A stretch of DNA of 57,257 bases from an uncultured beta proteobacterium (GCA_903847325.1 CAINDJ010000477.1:1-57257); one strand, 5' to 3'; positions 1-9,895 are shown, numbered from the stretch's first letter. The notes: generated by a model not told the origin, from the letters alone. Numbers and translations: made by a program.

Positions 1-2
1 AG

Positions 3-1673
3 ATCAGGATCGCACGAGGTTATTCGGCTGTCGACTCAGATGATCCGACGATCGCAGCCGTCGAGGCCGGTCTGCAATTGCGCGTGATTGTGCCGCTCAG
101 TAGCCCTGAGCGAAATGATGTGGCGTTAGGGGTTAATTCTGAATCTCGCTGGCTGCAACTTGTGCATCCGGTATCTGAAAAAATCGCTCGCAATATCCGC
201 GAAGTCGATGCGGGCTACAACGATTATCAGGAGCTGGCGCAATCGCGCGAAAGCCTGCGCCGCCTGTTTGGCGTCACGCTGACGCTGGCCCTGTTGCTGG
301 CGGTCTTTGCTGCGATTGCTATTGCGCTGTATTTGTCTAAACATCTGGTCAGGCCGCTGCTCGCGCTGGCCTCTGGCACGCAGGCGGTAAGCGTAGGGGA
401 TTTCCGGGCTTTGCCGGAGTCGCTTTCCAAAGACGAGGTTGGACAGCTCACGCGGTCCTTCAATGCGATGATGCGTCAGCTTGACGATGCGCGCCGCATG
501 GTTGAAAGTAATCGCCAGCAGCTGGAACGCTCCAATGTGTACCTCGAAAGCGTGTTGTCAAATTTATCCGCGGGCGTGCTGGTGTTTGACGAGCAGTTCC
601 GGGTGACGACTTTTAACCATGGCGCGCAGACCATCCTTGCTGCAGACCTGCGCGGGGTACCTGGCCGGCCACTTGAAACGATCGACGGAATGCTGGATTT
701 TGCACGCAGGATTCGCCAGGCCTTTGCTGATCATGTCGCAGTAGGCTCTGAGCGCGTGCACTGGCAAGAACAGTTCGAAATCACCCTGGAAGGATCTGCG
801 CCTGAGGCCCCGCCGCATACTTTGATCTTGCTCGCGCGCGGCACGCACTTGCGTGTGGATGGTCGCGACAATGGTTACATGGTGGTGTTCGATGATATTA
901 CCGAGGTGATCTCTGCAAACCGCAGTGTGGCCTGGGGAGAGGTTGCAAGGCGTCTGGCCCATGAGATTAAAAATCCGTTGACGCCGATCCAGCTCTCGGC
1001 TGAGCGCCTGGCCATGAAGCTCGCCGACAAGCTTGAACCGGCTGACGCACAATTGCTGGAGCGCGCGACCAATACCATCGTCAATCAGGTCAGCTCGCTC
1101 AAACACATGGTGGATGATTTTCGTGAGTATGCGCGCAAGCCCGCTCTCACGATGGTTCCGGTTGATTTTAACGCGCTGGTCGACGAGGTGTTGGCGCTGT
1201 ATGGCTGGAATCCCGGCGATACACAGGCAAGCGATAGCGCGCACGCCTGGAAACTGGATGTTTCACTTGCGCCGGATTTACCGCTCATACTGGGGGATCC
1301 GACACAGTTGCGGCAAGTTATTCATAATCTGCTGGCCAATGCTCGGGATGCTCTGTCAGAGGTCGCGCTCGGAGGCCTGATTGAAGTTTCCACTCAGCTG
1401 ACCGAGGCGGGCAACCACGAAGGCGAGTCGCAATCTGCGGTCAGGTTCACGGTAATGGATAATGGTTCAGGGTTTTCTGCACAGGTATTGCAGCGCGCTT
1501 TTGAGCCTTATGTCACGACCAAGGCGCAGGGAACAGGGCTCGGCCTTGCAATCGTGCGTAAAATCATCGATGAGCATGGTGGGCGGATTGACCTCTCAAA
1601 CCGTCGTGACGGCGGTGCCCGGGTTTCGATTTTGCTGACGCAATTAAGTGCGGCAGTGGACGCAAAGTCATAA
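3..1673 (+). CDS. NtrY/PlrS-like sensor histidine kinase (HAMP-PAS-HisKA-HATPase), 5'-truncated by the window edge
   Basis: Frame is open from position 3. TM helix plus HAMP (DEVGQLTRSFNAM), H-box WGEVARRLAHEIKNPLTPIQLSAERL typical of NtrY, N box NLLANA, G boxes DNGSG and GTGLGLAIV. Confidence 0.9.
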   Translation: MRIARGYSAVDSDDPTIAAVEAGLQLRVIVPLSSPERNDVALGVNSESRWLQLVHPVSEKIARNIREVDAGYNDYQELAQSRESLRRLFGVTLTLALLLAVFAAIAIALYLSKHLVRPLLALASGTQAVSVGDFRALPESLSKDEVGQLTRSFNAMMRQLDDARRMVESNRQQLERSNVYLESVLSNLSAGVLVFDEQFRVTTFNHGAQTILAADLRGVPGRPLETIDGMLDFARRIRQAFADHVAVGSERVHWQEQFEITLEGSAPEAPPHTLILLARGTHLRVDGRDNGYMVVFDDITEVISANRSVAWGEVARRLAHEIKNPLTPIQLSAERLAMKLADKLEPADAQLLERATNTIVNQVSSLKHMVDDFREYARKPALTMVPVDFNALVDEVLALYGWNPGDTQASDSAHAWKLDVSLAPDLPLILGDPTQLRQVIHNLLANARDALSEVALGGLIEVSTQLTEAGNHEGESQSAVRFTVMDNGSGFSAQVLQRAFEPYVTTKAQGTGLGLAIVRKIIDEHGGRIDLSNRRDGGARVSILLTQLSAAVDAKS

Positions 1674-1713
1674 CAGAACGATAATGCACGTGTGTAACAG
1701 GTAAAAGATATTT

Positions 1714-2391
1714 ATGGCCCGAATTTTAGTTGTCGACGATGAGATCGGAATACGCGAGTTGCTTTCCGAAATTTTGTACGACGAAGGACACACGATAGAG
1801 CTCGCTGAGAATGCTTCTCAGGCACGTGCTGCGCGTCTGCGCATCCGGCCCGATCTCGTTTTGCTTGATATCTGGATGCCCGATACCGATGGTGTCACAC
1901 TCCTCAAAGAGTGGGGCTCACAAGGCCTGCTTGATATGCCCGTCATCATGATGAGTGGTCACGCCACCATCGATACGGCGGTCGAGGCGACGCGAATCGG
2001 GGCAATTGATTTTCTCGAAAAGCCCATCACCTTGCAGCGCTTGCTCAAGACGGTTTCGGCAGGGCTGGCCCGTGGGCGCATGCCTGTCGTGAAACCTCTT
2101 GCCGGCATGCCAATCCCCACGGTCAGCGCTACACCTGCGCTGCTCCATACGCCAGAGCCAGCACCTGTCGAGGCTGTCGCGGTGGTGGATCGCAGTTTGT
2201 TGGGCGACATTACCCTTGATCAGCCGCTACGCGAAGCACGCGATGCCTTTGAGCGCGTGTACTTTGAATACCATCTGGGTCGTGAGAACAACAGCATGAC
2301 GCGCGTTTCCGAAAAAACCGGTCTCGAGCGCACCCACCTCTATCGCAAGCTTAAACAGCTCGGTATCGAATCGCGCAAACGCAGCTCTTAA
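1714..2391 (+). CDS. NtrX/PlrR-like response regulator (REC + Fis-type HTH, no AAA+ domain)
   Basis: ILVVDDE...LLDIWMP receiver domain, Pro/Ala-rich linker, C-terminal LREARDAFER...GLERTHLYRKLKQLGI. Directly downstream of the kinase. Confidence 0.9.
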   Translation: MARILVVDDEIGIRELLSEILYDEGHTIELAENASQARAARLRIRPDLVLLDIWMPDTDGVTLLKEWGSQGLLDMPVIMMSGHATIDTAVEATRIGAIDFLEKPITLQRLLKTVSAGLARGRMPVVKPLAGMPIPTVSATPALLHTPEPAPVEAVAVVDRSLLGDITLDQPLREARDAFERVYFEYHLGRENNSMTRVSEKTGLERTHLYRKLKQLGIESRKRSS

Positions 2392-2397
2392 AAGGAA

Positions 2398-3375
2398 TCA
2401 GGCGGGCGGTTGTTCCAGCCCGCCCACGCGCTGATCTTCAAACTGTCTTCTGACTTGTACTAATTCCGCAGCAACCGCGACAGCGATCTCTGCTGGCGTT
2501 CTGCTGCCGATTGCCAGGCCCACGGGGCCGTGCAGACGATCAAGATCTTTTTCGGTCAGGTCAAAGCTTAGCAAGCGCTCGCGCCGCTTGCTCTGGTTAC
2601 GCACAGAGCCCAATGCGCCCACATAAAACGCGGGTGAAATAAGTGCTTCGAGCAGTGCCATATCGTCGAGCTTTGGGTCGTGCGTAATTGCGACAATCGC
2701 TGTGCGGGAGTCGGTTTGAATCGCACCGACCGCGTCGTCTGGCATGCCTGCCTGCAGCGTGACGCCTGGCATATCCCAATCCGCCGTGAATTCTTCGCGC
2801 GGATCGCAAATGATGACCTGAAACTCCAGCATGATGGCAATCTGAGCCAGTGCGCGAGCGGTTTGGTTAGCGCCAATGATCAGCAGGCGCCAATGCGGGC
2901 CATACACAAAATGGCAGCCTGACGCGTTGACTTCGGTCAGTTGACCTGGACGTGCGTCAGTGAGGGTTGATTTTCCTGATTTAAGATCCAGCCAGCGCCC
3001 GATCAGTTTTTGTTGTTGTGTCGTATGAACCACTTGCTCAAGCCAGTCACTGGCATGGAGCGGCTCGATCACGAGTTTGAGCGTGCCGCCACATGGCAGC
3101 CCAAAACGCGCGGCTTCTTCCTGGGATACCCCATATAGAACTAGCTCGGGCTGCGCAGGCAGACGCCCTTCTTGTGCCCGTACGATCAGATCGTCCTCAA
3201 TGCAGCCTCCAGAAACTGAGCCTACGACATGGCCATCCGCACGCACTGCCAGCATGGCACCTGCCTGCCGGGGCGCAGACCCCCAGGTTTTGACAACCGT
3301 GGCCAGATGAACCTGATGCCCGTTTGCGCACCAGTCGAGTGCATGTTTGAGTACTTCCGTGTCGAGTGAGTCCAT
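2398..3375 (-). CDS. XdhC/CoxI family molybdoenzyme maturation factor
   Basis: TWGSAPRQAGA, GSVSGGCIE, GLPCGG, YVGALGS and GPVGLAIGSRTPAEIA motifs. Start placed at MDSLD (3375); the ORF track gives 3420. Confidence 0.9.
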   Translation of the reverse strand: MDSLDTEVLKHALDWCANGHQVHLATVVKTWGSAPRQAGAMLAVRADGHVVGSVSGGCIEDDLIVRAQEGRLPAQPELVLYGVSQEEAARFGLPCGGTLKLVIEPLHASDWLEQVVHTTQQQKLIGRWLDLKSGKSTLTDARPGQLTEVNASGCHFVYGPHWRLLIIGANQTARALAQIAIMLEFQVIICDPREEFTADWDMPGVTLQAGMPDDAVGAIQTDSRTAIVAITHDPKLDDMALLEALISPAFYVGALGSVRNQSKRRERLLSFDLTEKDLDRLHGPVGLAIGSRTPAEIAVAVAAELVQVRRQFEDQRVGGLEQPPA

Positions 3376-3419
3376 AAGGCGATTTGAGTTGAGTGGCGAG
3401 CTAGTCGGAGTGTTGACCA

Positions 3420-3433
3420 ATCAGTATACTGAT
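3420..3433. promoter_or_regulatory. 14-bp perfect palindrome ATCAGTATACTGAT in the divergent xdhC/tauE intergenic region (possible operator)
   Basis: Read directly from the sequence; contains a TATACT -10-like hexamer on both strands. Confidence 0.35.
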
Positions 3434-3467
3434 CCACTTTCCGAACGTACAGATTGAGATAACGCAA

Positions 3468-4283
3468 ATGGATCCCTTGTTTATTGTTTTCCTGGCCATA
3501 TTAGGCTGTGTGACGGGCTTTGCAGCCGGTTTGCTGGGTATAGGCGGGGGAATGTTGCTGGTGCCTTTCCTGACGTTGTTGCTGACGTGGCAGGGGCTCC
3601 CTGCACATCTCGTGGTGCATGCCGCGATCGCAACCTCTATGGCGTCGATTTTGTTTACTTCTGTTTCAAGCGTACGTGCACACCAGAAAAAGGGTGCTGT
3701 CCGCTGGGATCTTGTGCTCGCCTTCACGCCAGGGATCGTATTAGGCGGTTTGCTTTCGGGCGGTGCGGTCTTTTCCGCACTCAAGACCAGCTGGCTCGCA
3801 TTGTTTTTTGCCTTATTTGTAAGTTATTCCGGTTATCAGATGCTGCGTGACAAAAAGCCTAAGCCTTCACGCCAGATGCCCGGTGCTGTCGGGACTGCGG
3901 GTGCGGGTGCCGGGATTGGCTTTTTGTCGGGGTTGGTGGGGGCGGGTGGTGGTTTTGTCTCTGTTCCTTTCATGTTGTGGTGTAACGTGCCGTTGCATCA
4001 GGCCGTTGCAACCTCCGCGGCGCTAGGTTTCCCGATTGCGCTGGCCAATACGATCGGCTATGTGTGGTCTGGCATGAGTCAGACGGATTTGCCGCCTCAG
4101 ATGATTGGTTTTATCTATTGGCCGGCTTTACTTGTGCTGGTGATGTTTAGCGTGGTGACCGCACCGATTGGTGCACGGGTCGCGCACAGCTTGCCTGTGA
4201 AAACACTTAAGCGCGTGTTCGCCTTCCTGTTGTTTGGCCTGGCAGCCTATATGGGCAGCAAAGCTTACACGGCGTTCATGTAA
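3468..4283 (+). CDS. TauE/SafE (TSUP) family membrane transporter
   Basis: Two internal repeats GFAAGLLGIGGG / GFLSGLVGAGGG, AIATS/AVATS motifs, about 8 hydrophobic segments. Confidence 0.9.
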   Translation: MDPLFIVFLAILGCVTGFAAGLLGIGGGMLLVPFLTLLLTWQGLPAHLVVHAAIATSMASILFTSVSSVRAHQKKGAVRWDLVLAFTPGIVLGGLLSGGAVFSALKTSWLALFFALFVSYSGYQMLRDKKPKPSRQMPGAVGTAGAGAGIGFLSGLVGAGGGFVSVPFMLWCNVPLHQAVATSAALGFPIALANTIGYVWSGMSQTDLPPQMIGFIYWPALLVLVMFSVVTAPIGARVAHSLPVKTLKRVFAFLLFGLAAYMGSKAYTAFM

Positions 4284-4312
4284 GTTTCTGTTCCGATGCG
4301 CTCAGGCCGGCT

Positions 4313-5233
4313 TTATCCGGTAATTTTGCGCTGGATGGCGCTGACGCTGATACGTGTTTCGCCAGCCGTTGCGCGCAAGGTACCCGTTCGCCAGGCATGC
4401 CCATAGGCCACCTCAATAGTCAGATGTATGGTGCCGTCTGTGCGGCGCTGTGATTCCAGTGCGCCAAGCAGTTTGTCGCGCCACGCACGGCCCGCCAGAC
4501 CGGCTTTTCTGCCTAGCGCTGGGTTACCACCCAGTGCGCGGACATCCTTGAGCAGCTTTTCCGGACTGGAATAGGTCAGGGTTAGCACCTCCTGATCCAT
4601 CACCGGGTCTCCAAAGCCTTTTTCTATCAGTAAATCGCCAAAATCATGCATATCGACAAAACTTGGTGTCGCGGTGCGCAGGCCTGCGGTCACTAACGCG
4701 CTGCGCAACTCTTGCATCGTCCCTGGGCCAAAACACGAAAAAAATACCAGCCCGTTGAGTTTCAGGACACGCCCCCACTCGGCCAGGACGTCGTGTGGTG
4801 CAGGATGCCAATGCAATGCCAGGTTTGACCAGACAAGATCCAGTGATTCGGCAGGCAGTCCCGTTTGGGACAAGTCGCTCAAAATCCACTCTGCCTTCGG
4901 CGCAATACCGCGTTGTTTGTTGATCCAGTTGCGTGCAGGTCCGGGTAAGAAAGGCTGGACATGTTTTTTTGCGTATGCCAGCAGGTCTGGGTTGTGATCC
5001 TGGCCAAGATAGCGCGCCAGAGGGTATCTCTCGTGTAGTAGTTCAAACTGTTGTCCGGCACCGCAACCCGCGTCCAGCATGATTGCGGGCGCAAGGCGGA
5101 TCAGGCGCAAGCGTTGCGCCATGCGGCGGGCAACTTCAGCGTAAAGAAATTGTGCATCAGACAAGTCTGCACGCCGGGAAAACTGGCGGGCAACATGAGC
5201 GGTACTGATTGGAAGCGTAGTCGGGGTGGACAT
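4313..5233 (-). CDS. BioC-like SAM-dependent methyltransferase
   Basis: Motif I LDAGCGAG, DLVWSNLALHW, FVDMHDFGDLL...GFGDPVMD. Divergent from comF as in the usual proteobacterial arrangement. Start uncertain (5233-5257). Confidence 0.8.
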   Translation of the reverse strand: MSTPTTLPISTAHVARQFSRRADLSDAQFLYAEVARRMAQRLRLIRLAPAIMLDAGCGAGQQFELLHERYPLARYLGQDHNPDLLAYAKKHVQPFLPGPARNWINKQRGIAPKAEWILSDLSQTGLPAESLDLVWSNLALHWHPAPHDVLAEWGRVLKLNGLVFFSCFGPGTMQELRSALVTAGLRTATPSFVDMHDFGDLLIEKGFGDPVMDQEVLTLTYSSPEKLLKDVRALGGNPALGRKAGLAGRAWRDKLLGALESQRRTDGTIHLTIEVAYGHAWRTGTLRATAGETRISVSAIQRKITG

Positions 5234-5300
5234 ATTGGTCATCGTAGGCAGAGTCATACACAGCGAACACCGTCAAACTATGCGCGCTGGAGAAACCAAA

Positions 5301-6032
5301 ATGTACTCTATTCATCACCTATTTCGTAAAGTTCTGGTCGTTGCCTGTCCATTGTGCGGGATGGACGCGTGTGCGGGTGATCTGTGCGAAGGCTGCGCGC
5401 GAGACGTATTGCGCATGCATCAGACGGGATCCTGGTGTCTGCAGTGTGCCGTGCGTGTTGAGCAGGGTCTTCAGCGCTGTAACCTTTGCGCGCGCGTGAA
5501 CCCTGCATATATTCAAACAGTCACCGCCATGGACTATGCCTATCCGGGTGCTTTGCTGGTCAGGGGCCTGAAAGAACACGGTCGTCTCGCCGAGGCAGGT
5601 TTGTTCGCACGGATGCTAGTTCAAACTTTGGCGACTCATCCTTGTGAGGTACCGCCGTTAAGTGCGCTCGTGCCGATTCCTTCGAGCCGCGCTTCGTTAC
5701 AAAAGCGAGGGTTTAACCCCGCAGCAGAAATCGCGCGGGCGCTTAGTTCCCAGCTGTCCGTACCATTCAGGCCCTGGCTGCAACGCACCCGTGAAGGCTG
5801 CCTGCAAAAGGCGTTGGATTTCGAGGCGCGCAGACATAGCGTGCGGGGACTCTATGACTGCATGCGAACGGTTCCTCCGGTGTGGGTCGGCGTCGTCGAC
5901 GACGTGCTGACTTCTGGCAGCACCATGAATGAGGCAGCCCTTGTGCTCAAGCGTGCAGGCGCACTGGGTGTGGTGGCCTTGGTCGCGGCGCGAACGGCCT
6001 GGGCGCCGACTTTGCCTGAGACTGAAATGTAA
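5301..6032 (+). CDS. comF: ComF family protein (double zinc ribbon + PRTase-like domain)
   Basis: CPLC/CEGC/CLQC/CNLC pairs, RGFNPA, VDDVLTSGST PRPP-binding motif. Start uncertain. Confidence 0.85.
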   Translation: MYSIHHLFRKVLVVACPLCGMDACAGDLCEGCARDVLRMHQTGSWCLQCAVRVEQGLQRCNLCARVNPAYIQTVTAMDYAYPGALLVRGLKEHGRLAEAGLFARMLVQTLATHPCEVPPLSALVPIPSSRASLQKRGFNPAAEIARALSSQLSVPFRPWLQRTREGCLQKALDFEARRHSVRGLYDCMRTVPPVWVGVVDDVLTSGSTMNEAALVLKRAGALGVVALVAARTAWAPTLPETEM

Positions 6033-6060
6033 TGTGCCCATGTCTGGCAAAATAGCGGTC

Positions 6061-6531
6061 ATGTTTCATGTCATTCTCGTTCAGCCAGAAATTCCCCCCA
6101 ATACCGGTAACGTCATTCGGTTGTGTGCCAACACGGGTGCGCATTTGCATCTTGTCAGACCGCTCGGTTTCGAAATCGACGACACCAGACTGCGTCGTGC
6201 AGGCCTTGACTATCACGAGTGGCAACCTGTTCAGGTGCATGATAGTTTGGCCGTGGCGCTCGCAGCGACCGGCGCCGCAAGCGAACGTATTTTTGCCATG
6301 ACAACCAAGGGCAGCACTCTTGTCGGTGACATGCCATTACGCCAGGGGGATGTGTTTGTGTTCGGCCGCGAAACGGCTGGACTATCCTCTGAGCAGCTTT
6401 CACTCATCGGATCTGATCAGCGTATCCGCTTGCCGATGCTGCCTGAGCAGCGTAGTTTGAATCTATCTAACGCAGTCGCTGTCGTTGTCTTTGAAGCCTG
6501 GCGGCAACAGGGCTATGCGGGTGGCGTGTAA
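6061..6531 (+). CDS. trmL: tRNA (cytidine/uridine-34-2'-O)-methyltransferase, SPOUT family
   Basis: PEIPPNTGNVIRLCANTG, RRAGLDYHE, FGRETAGL, RSLNLSNAVAV. Confidence 0.95.
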   Translation: MFHVILVQPEIPPNTGNVIRLCANTGAHLHLVRPLGFEIDDTRLRRAGLDYHEWQPVQVHDSLAVALAATGAASERIFAMTTKGSTLVGDMPLRQGDVFVFGRETAGLSSEQLSLIGSDQRIRLPMLPEQRSLNLSNAVAVVVFEAWRQQGYAGGV

Positions 6532-6532
6532 T

Positions 6533-6558
6533 ACAACCGATTGCAGAGAATCGGTTGT
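6533..6558. terminator. Hairpin between convergent trmL and bug genes (likely bidirectional terminator)
   Basis: ACAACCGATT-GCAGAG-AATCGGTTGT, perfect 10-bp stem with only a short T run after it. Confidence 0.6.
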
Positions 6559-6565
6559 TTAATCA

Positions 6566-7585
6566 CTAATCGAGTGAAATCTGCAGTTGTTTGATAACAG
6601 GTACCCATCGGTTTGTTTCTGTCGTGATCATGGTGCGAAGTGTTTCCGCGCTTGAGCCGACCGCATTGAAATGATTGGTCGCGGCAGTGTTCGTCATGTC
6701 CTGACTTTGAATAATTGTTGTCAGTGCCTGATTGAGTCGTTCTAAGATGGCTTCGGGCGTGCCCGCTGGCGCAAGGATTGCATTCCAGGAGATGGCTTCA
6801 AAGCCAGGAAAACCTTGCTTGGCCAGAGGGGTGATGCCGGGCAGGGTTGCCGCCGTCTCGAGACTGCTGATGCCCAGTGCGTGGACCTTGCCTTCTTTAA
6901 CCTGGGGCATGGCAATCGCGGGCACGATGAACGCGGCCTGAATGTCGCCTGCAATCAGCGCTGTCATGATTTGTGGAAATCCAGCATAAGGCACGTGATT
7001 CAGTTCAATGCCCGCCTGTTTGGTGAATAGCTCCATTGCGAGTTGCGAGGCACTGCCGATGCCAACCGACCCGTAATTCAATTTTCCTGGCTGTGTGCGT
7101 GCCCGGCTGATGAACTCCGCGAGCGATATTTCTTTGAATGTATTGCTCACCACCAAAATATTCGGGCTTGTTGCAACCAGTGTGATAGGTGCCAAGTCTT
7201 TCAGTGGGGAATAGCCTAGTGTCTTTTGATAGAGGGCGGGAGCGGTCACCAGTGGCCCGTTAATGGTGTAGAGCAAGGTATAGCCATCCGGGGTGGCGCG
7301 GGCAACCTGGCGGGTGCCAATGTTGCCGCCCGCACCGGGTTTGTTTTCAATCACGACGGTCTGTTTGAGCTCTTTGCTCAAGGGGATCGCAATGTGGCGG
7401 GCAAGCAGATCGGGCGAGGAGCCTGCAGGGAAAGGGACGACCAGATGAATCGGGCGCTCAGTGGGCCATTGCGCCTGTGCGGCAAAGGAAAAAAGGGCGA
7501 ACAACAATGCACACATGAATTCGCGTGCGCGCTCGATCACGCAGAAGTTTATTTGGAATTTCAACACGCTACTCCGTTGTCGCAT
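6566..7585 (-). CDS. Bug/TctC family tripartite tricarboxylate transporter substrate-binding protein
   Basis: WPTERPIHLVVPFPAGSSPD, ENKPGAGGNIG, PDGYTLL, LNYGSVGIGS, HVPYAG; signal peptide ending AAQA. Start uncertain (7516-7633). Confidence 0.92.
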   Translation of the reverse strand: MRQRSSVLKFQINFCVIERAREFMCALLFALFSFAAQAQWPTERPIHLVVPFPAGSSPDLLARHIAIPLSKELKQTVVIENKPGAGGNIGTRQVARATPDGYTLLYTINGPLVTAPALYQKTLGYSPLKDLAPITLVATSPNILVVSNTFKEISLAEFISRARTQPGKLNYGSVGIGSASQLAMELFTKQAGIELNHVPYAGFPQIMTALIAGDIQAAFIVPAIAMPQVKEGKVHALGISSLETAATLPGITPLAKQGFPGFEAISWNAILAPAGTPEAILERLNQALTTIIQSQDMTNTAATNHFNAVGSSAETLRTMITTETNRWVPVIKQLQISLD

Positions 7586-8615
7586 CGCGCGAAAGTAATT
7601 GGGAGACAGCTTGTTTGGGAGGGACATGATCAAATAATACTTCGCATACAGCGCGTGTGATGGGTAACTCTATACCGAGCGCAGTTGCGCGTGTTTGCAC
7701 GGCACGCGCGCAGCGCGCACCCTCTGCAGTCAGTCCCAGGGACAGGATTTGCGTGAGTGTTTTACCCTGGCCGATTGCCAGACCAACCTGACGATTGCGC
7801 GATAGGTCGCCGGTTGCACTCAGCACTAAATCGCCGAGCCCGGTTAAGCCTGAAAAGGTCGCCGGATGTGCGCCTAGTGCCTCGCCAAACCGGCTCATTT
7901 CGGCCAGCCCACGAGTGATGAGCGCTGCGCGTGCATTGGTGCCGAGGCCGAGTCCATCGCCAATGCCGCAAGCGATTGCCATGACATTTTTGAGTGCTCC
8001 GCCAACTTCGACACCAGTGACATCCTGACTGGCATAGACGCGAATATTGCCACCATGCAAGGCGGTGATCGTCGCTTTGCGCAGCGTGTCGCTTGGACTG
8101 GCAATTGTGAGTGCGACAGGCAGGCCTTGTGCCACTTCTTGCGCAAAGGACGGTCCGGAGAGCACGCCCGTAGCGATATCCGGGCAAGCGAGGGCGAGTG
8201 TCTCGCGGACGATTTCGCTTGGAAGCAGACCTGAGTCGGCTTCAAGTCCTTTGCATGTCCAGACAATACCTGCTAGGTGATGGTTGCCCGGGCGGAGTTG
8301 TTCGGCGATGTTCAGGCAGGTTTGTCGCAGACCGGCCAGGGGCACGCCGAGGATCAGCAAACCAGGTCTGTCGCGACGGGTGACGTGCGCAATGGCTGCA
8401 TCGAATGCTGACGTAAAGTTAAGTCGCGCTGGCAGCGTAATACCCGGCAAATAGCGCGCATTCTGGTGCGTGGCCTGACACTGCGAGATTAATTCCGGAT
8501 CGCGCGCCCACAGCAATGTTGGCGCCCGTGCGCTGGCCGCTATCGCAAGCGAAGTTCCCCATGCTCCCGCACCTAGGACTGCGACAGGTTGTGCATCATG
8601 CGGGTAGGCGTTCAT
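7569..8615 (-). CDS. gpsA: NAD(P)H-dependent glycerol-3-phosphate dehydrogenase
   Basis: GAGAWGT, LSGPSFA, GGALKNVMAIACG, GLTGLGDLVLSATGDLSRNR. Follows secB. Confidence 0.97.
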   Translation of the reverse strand: MNAYPHDAQPVAVLGAGAWGTSLAIAASARAPTLLWARDPELISQCQATHQNARYLPGITLPARLNFTSAFDAAIAHVTRRDRPGLLILGVPLAGLRQTCLNIAEQLRPGNHHLAGIVWTCKGLEADSGLLPSEIVRETLALACPDIATGVLSGPSFAQEVAQGLPVALTIASPSDTLRKATITALHGGNIRVYASQDVTGVEVGGALKNVMAIACGIGDGLGLGTNARAALITRGLAEMSRFGEALGAHPATFSGLTGLGDLVLSATGDLSRNRQVGLAIGQGKTLTQILSLGLTAEGARCARAVQTRATALGIELPITRAVCEVLFDHVPPKQAVSQLLSRDATTE

Positions 8616-8644
8616 GGGTTTTAAGCTGCGAGAGGGCGGTGAAA

Positions 8645-9163
8645 TTATTGACGCGTCATGCCTGGCGGCAGAATCAGACCGGACTCCTCGTTATGCGAGG
8701 CGACTTGTGGCGATTGTTGTGCGGCTTCTGTCAGGCGCTGTTCATACAGCGCCTGAAAATTGACTTCAGCCAGATGCAGCGCTGGCAGTGAGGTGCGCGT
8801 AATGGCATCAGCAACGTTGGCGCGCAAATATGGATAAAGCATTGTGGGGCAGACGATTCCCATGAGTGGATCGAATTGTTCAGCAGGGATATTTGCGATT
8901 TCAAAGATGCCTGCCTGCGTGGCTTCGACCAGGTACAACACTTTGTCGTTGATACGCGTGGTGACAGTGATGGTGATGGTTGATTCGAATACCGTATCCG
9001 CCAGGGCCTGGCCGCCGACGTTGATCGCGACTTCGACTTTCGGGCCTTCTTGTTCGAGGAAAATATTCGGTGCGTTTGGGACTTCGAGGGAAAGGTCTTT
9101 CAGGTATACGCGCTGCATATTGAATGCGGGGGCGTTGTCGGCTTGAGTGTTCTGGTCTGACAT
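8645..9163 (-). CDS. secB: Protein-export chaperone SecB
   Basis: [31 protein letters not shown]. Start placed at MSDQ. Confidence 0.97.
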   Translation of the reverse strand: MSDQNTQADNAPAFNMQRVYLKDLSLEVPNAPNIFLEQEGPKVEVAINVGGQALADTVFESTITITVTTRINDKVLYLVEATQAGIFEIANIPAEQFDPLMGIVCPTMLYPYLRANVADAITRTSLPALHLAEVNFQALYEQRLTEAAQQSPQVASHNEESGLILPPGMTRQ

Positions 9164-9209
9164 GTGTTGTTCCGTATATTCAGTAGGGCAATAAAATGGG
9201 ATGGGTGCG

Positions 9210-9470
9210 TTAACCGTTGAGCAGTGGTGTAAGTTTGCCCTCGCGATCAAGTGCGGCGAGGTCGTCAAAGCCGCCGACATGGGTTTCACCGATGTAGATT
9301 TGCGGCACGGTGCGTCGACCGGTCCGCTCCATCATGATGGCGCGCTGATCCGTATCAACATCGATACGGATTTTTTCTATTTCTGTTACGCCTCGCTGCG
9401 TCAGCAGCATCTCTGCACGAGAGCAGTATGGGCAGTAACCGGTTGTGTACATCACGACTTTGTTAGACAT
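9210..9470 (-). CDS. grxC: Glutaredoxin 3
   Basis: CPYC active site, TVPQIYI, VGGFDDL. Conserved rhodanese-grxC-secB-gpsA order. Confidence 0.97.
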   Translation of the reverse strand: MSNKVVMYTTGYCPYCSRAEMLLTQRGVTEIEKIRIDVDTDQRAIMMERTGRRTVPQIYIGETHVGGFDDLAALDREGKLTPLLNG

Positions 9471-9472
9471 GT

Positions 9473-9895
9473 TCAGGCTCCTGATTTGTTTGCGGTGACA
9501 GGCAGGCCTGCTGCCGACCATGCGCGCAGTCCGCCTTCGAGGATGGTGACCTCTGCCACGCCAAGTTTACGTAACTGTGCGGCGGCGGACACCGCCGAGC
9601 GACCCAGGTCACACACCAGGATGACAGGCTTGTTTTTAGGTAAGGACGCAATTTTCTTTTCGAATTCGGCTACAGGTAAGTTGCGTGCCTGTGGGATATG
9701 ACCCGACTGGAATGCGGCTGCATCACGAATATCGACCAGCACGGCATGCTGATGATTCATCATCTGGACGGTTTGCGAGGGGCTCAGGGCTGCGCCTGAA
9801 CGGCTTTTCTGAATCATGGGCCAGGCCAGCATCAGGCCAGAGCCCACTGCAACTGCGATCAGAAGGAGATTGTTTTGACTCAAGAAGAAATCCAC
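9473..9895 (-). CDS. Membrane-anchored rhodanese-like protein (YibN-like)
   Basis: N-terminal TM helix, LVDIR...FQSGHIPQARN, LEGGLRAW. GTG start. Confidence 0.9.
   Translation of the reverse strand: MDFFLSQNNLLLIAVAVGSGLMLAWPMIQKSRSGAALSPSQTVQMMNHQHAVLVDIRDAAAFQSGHIPQARNLPVAEFEKKIASLPKNKPVILVCDLGRSAVSAAAQLRKLGVAEVTILEGGLRAWSAAGLPVTANKSGA

Noticed and set aside
4313-5257. Calling this gene bioC of a biotin operon
   Set aside because: No other bio genes are in the window; only family-level similarity is supportable.
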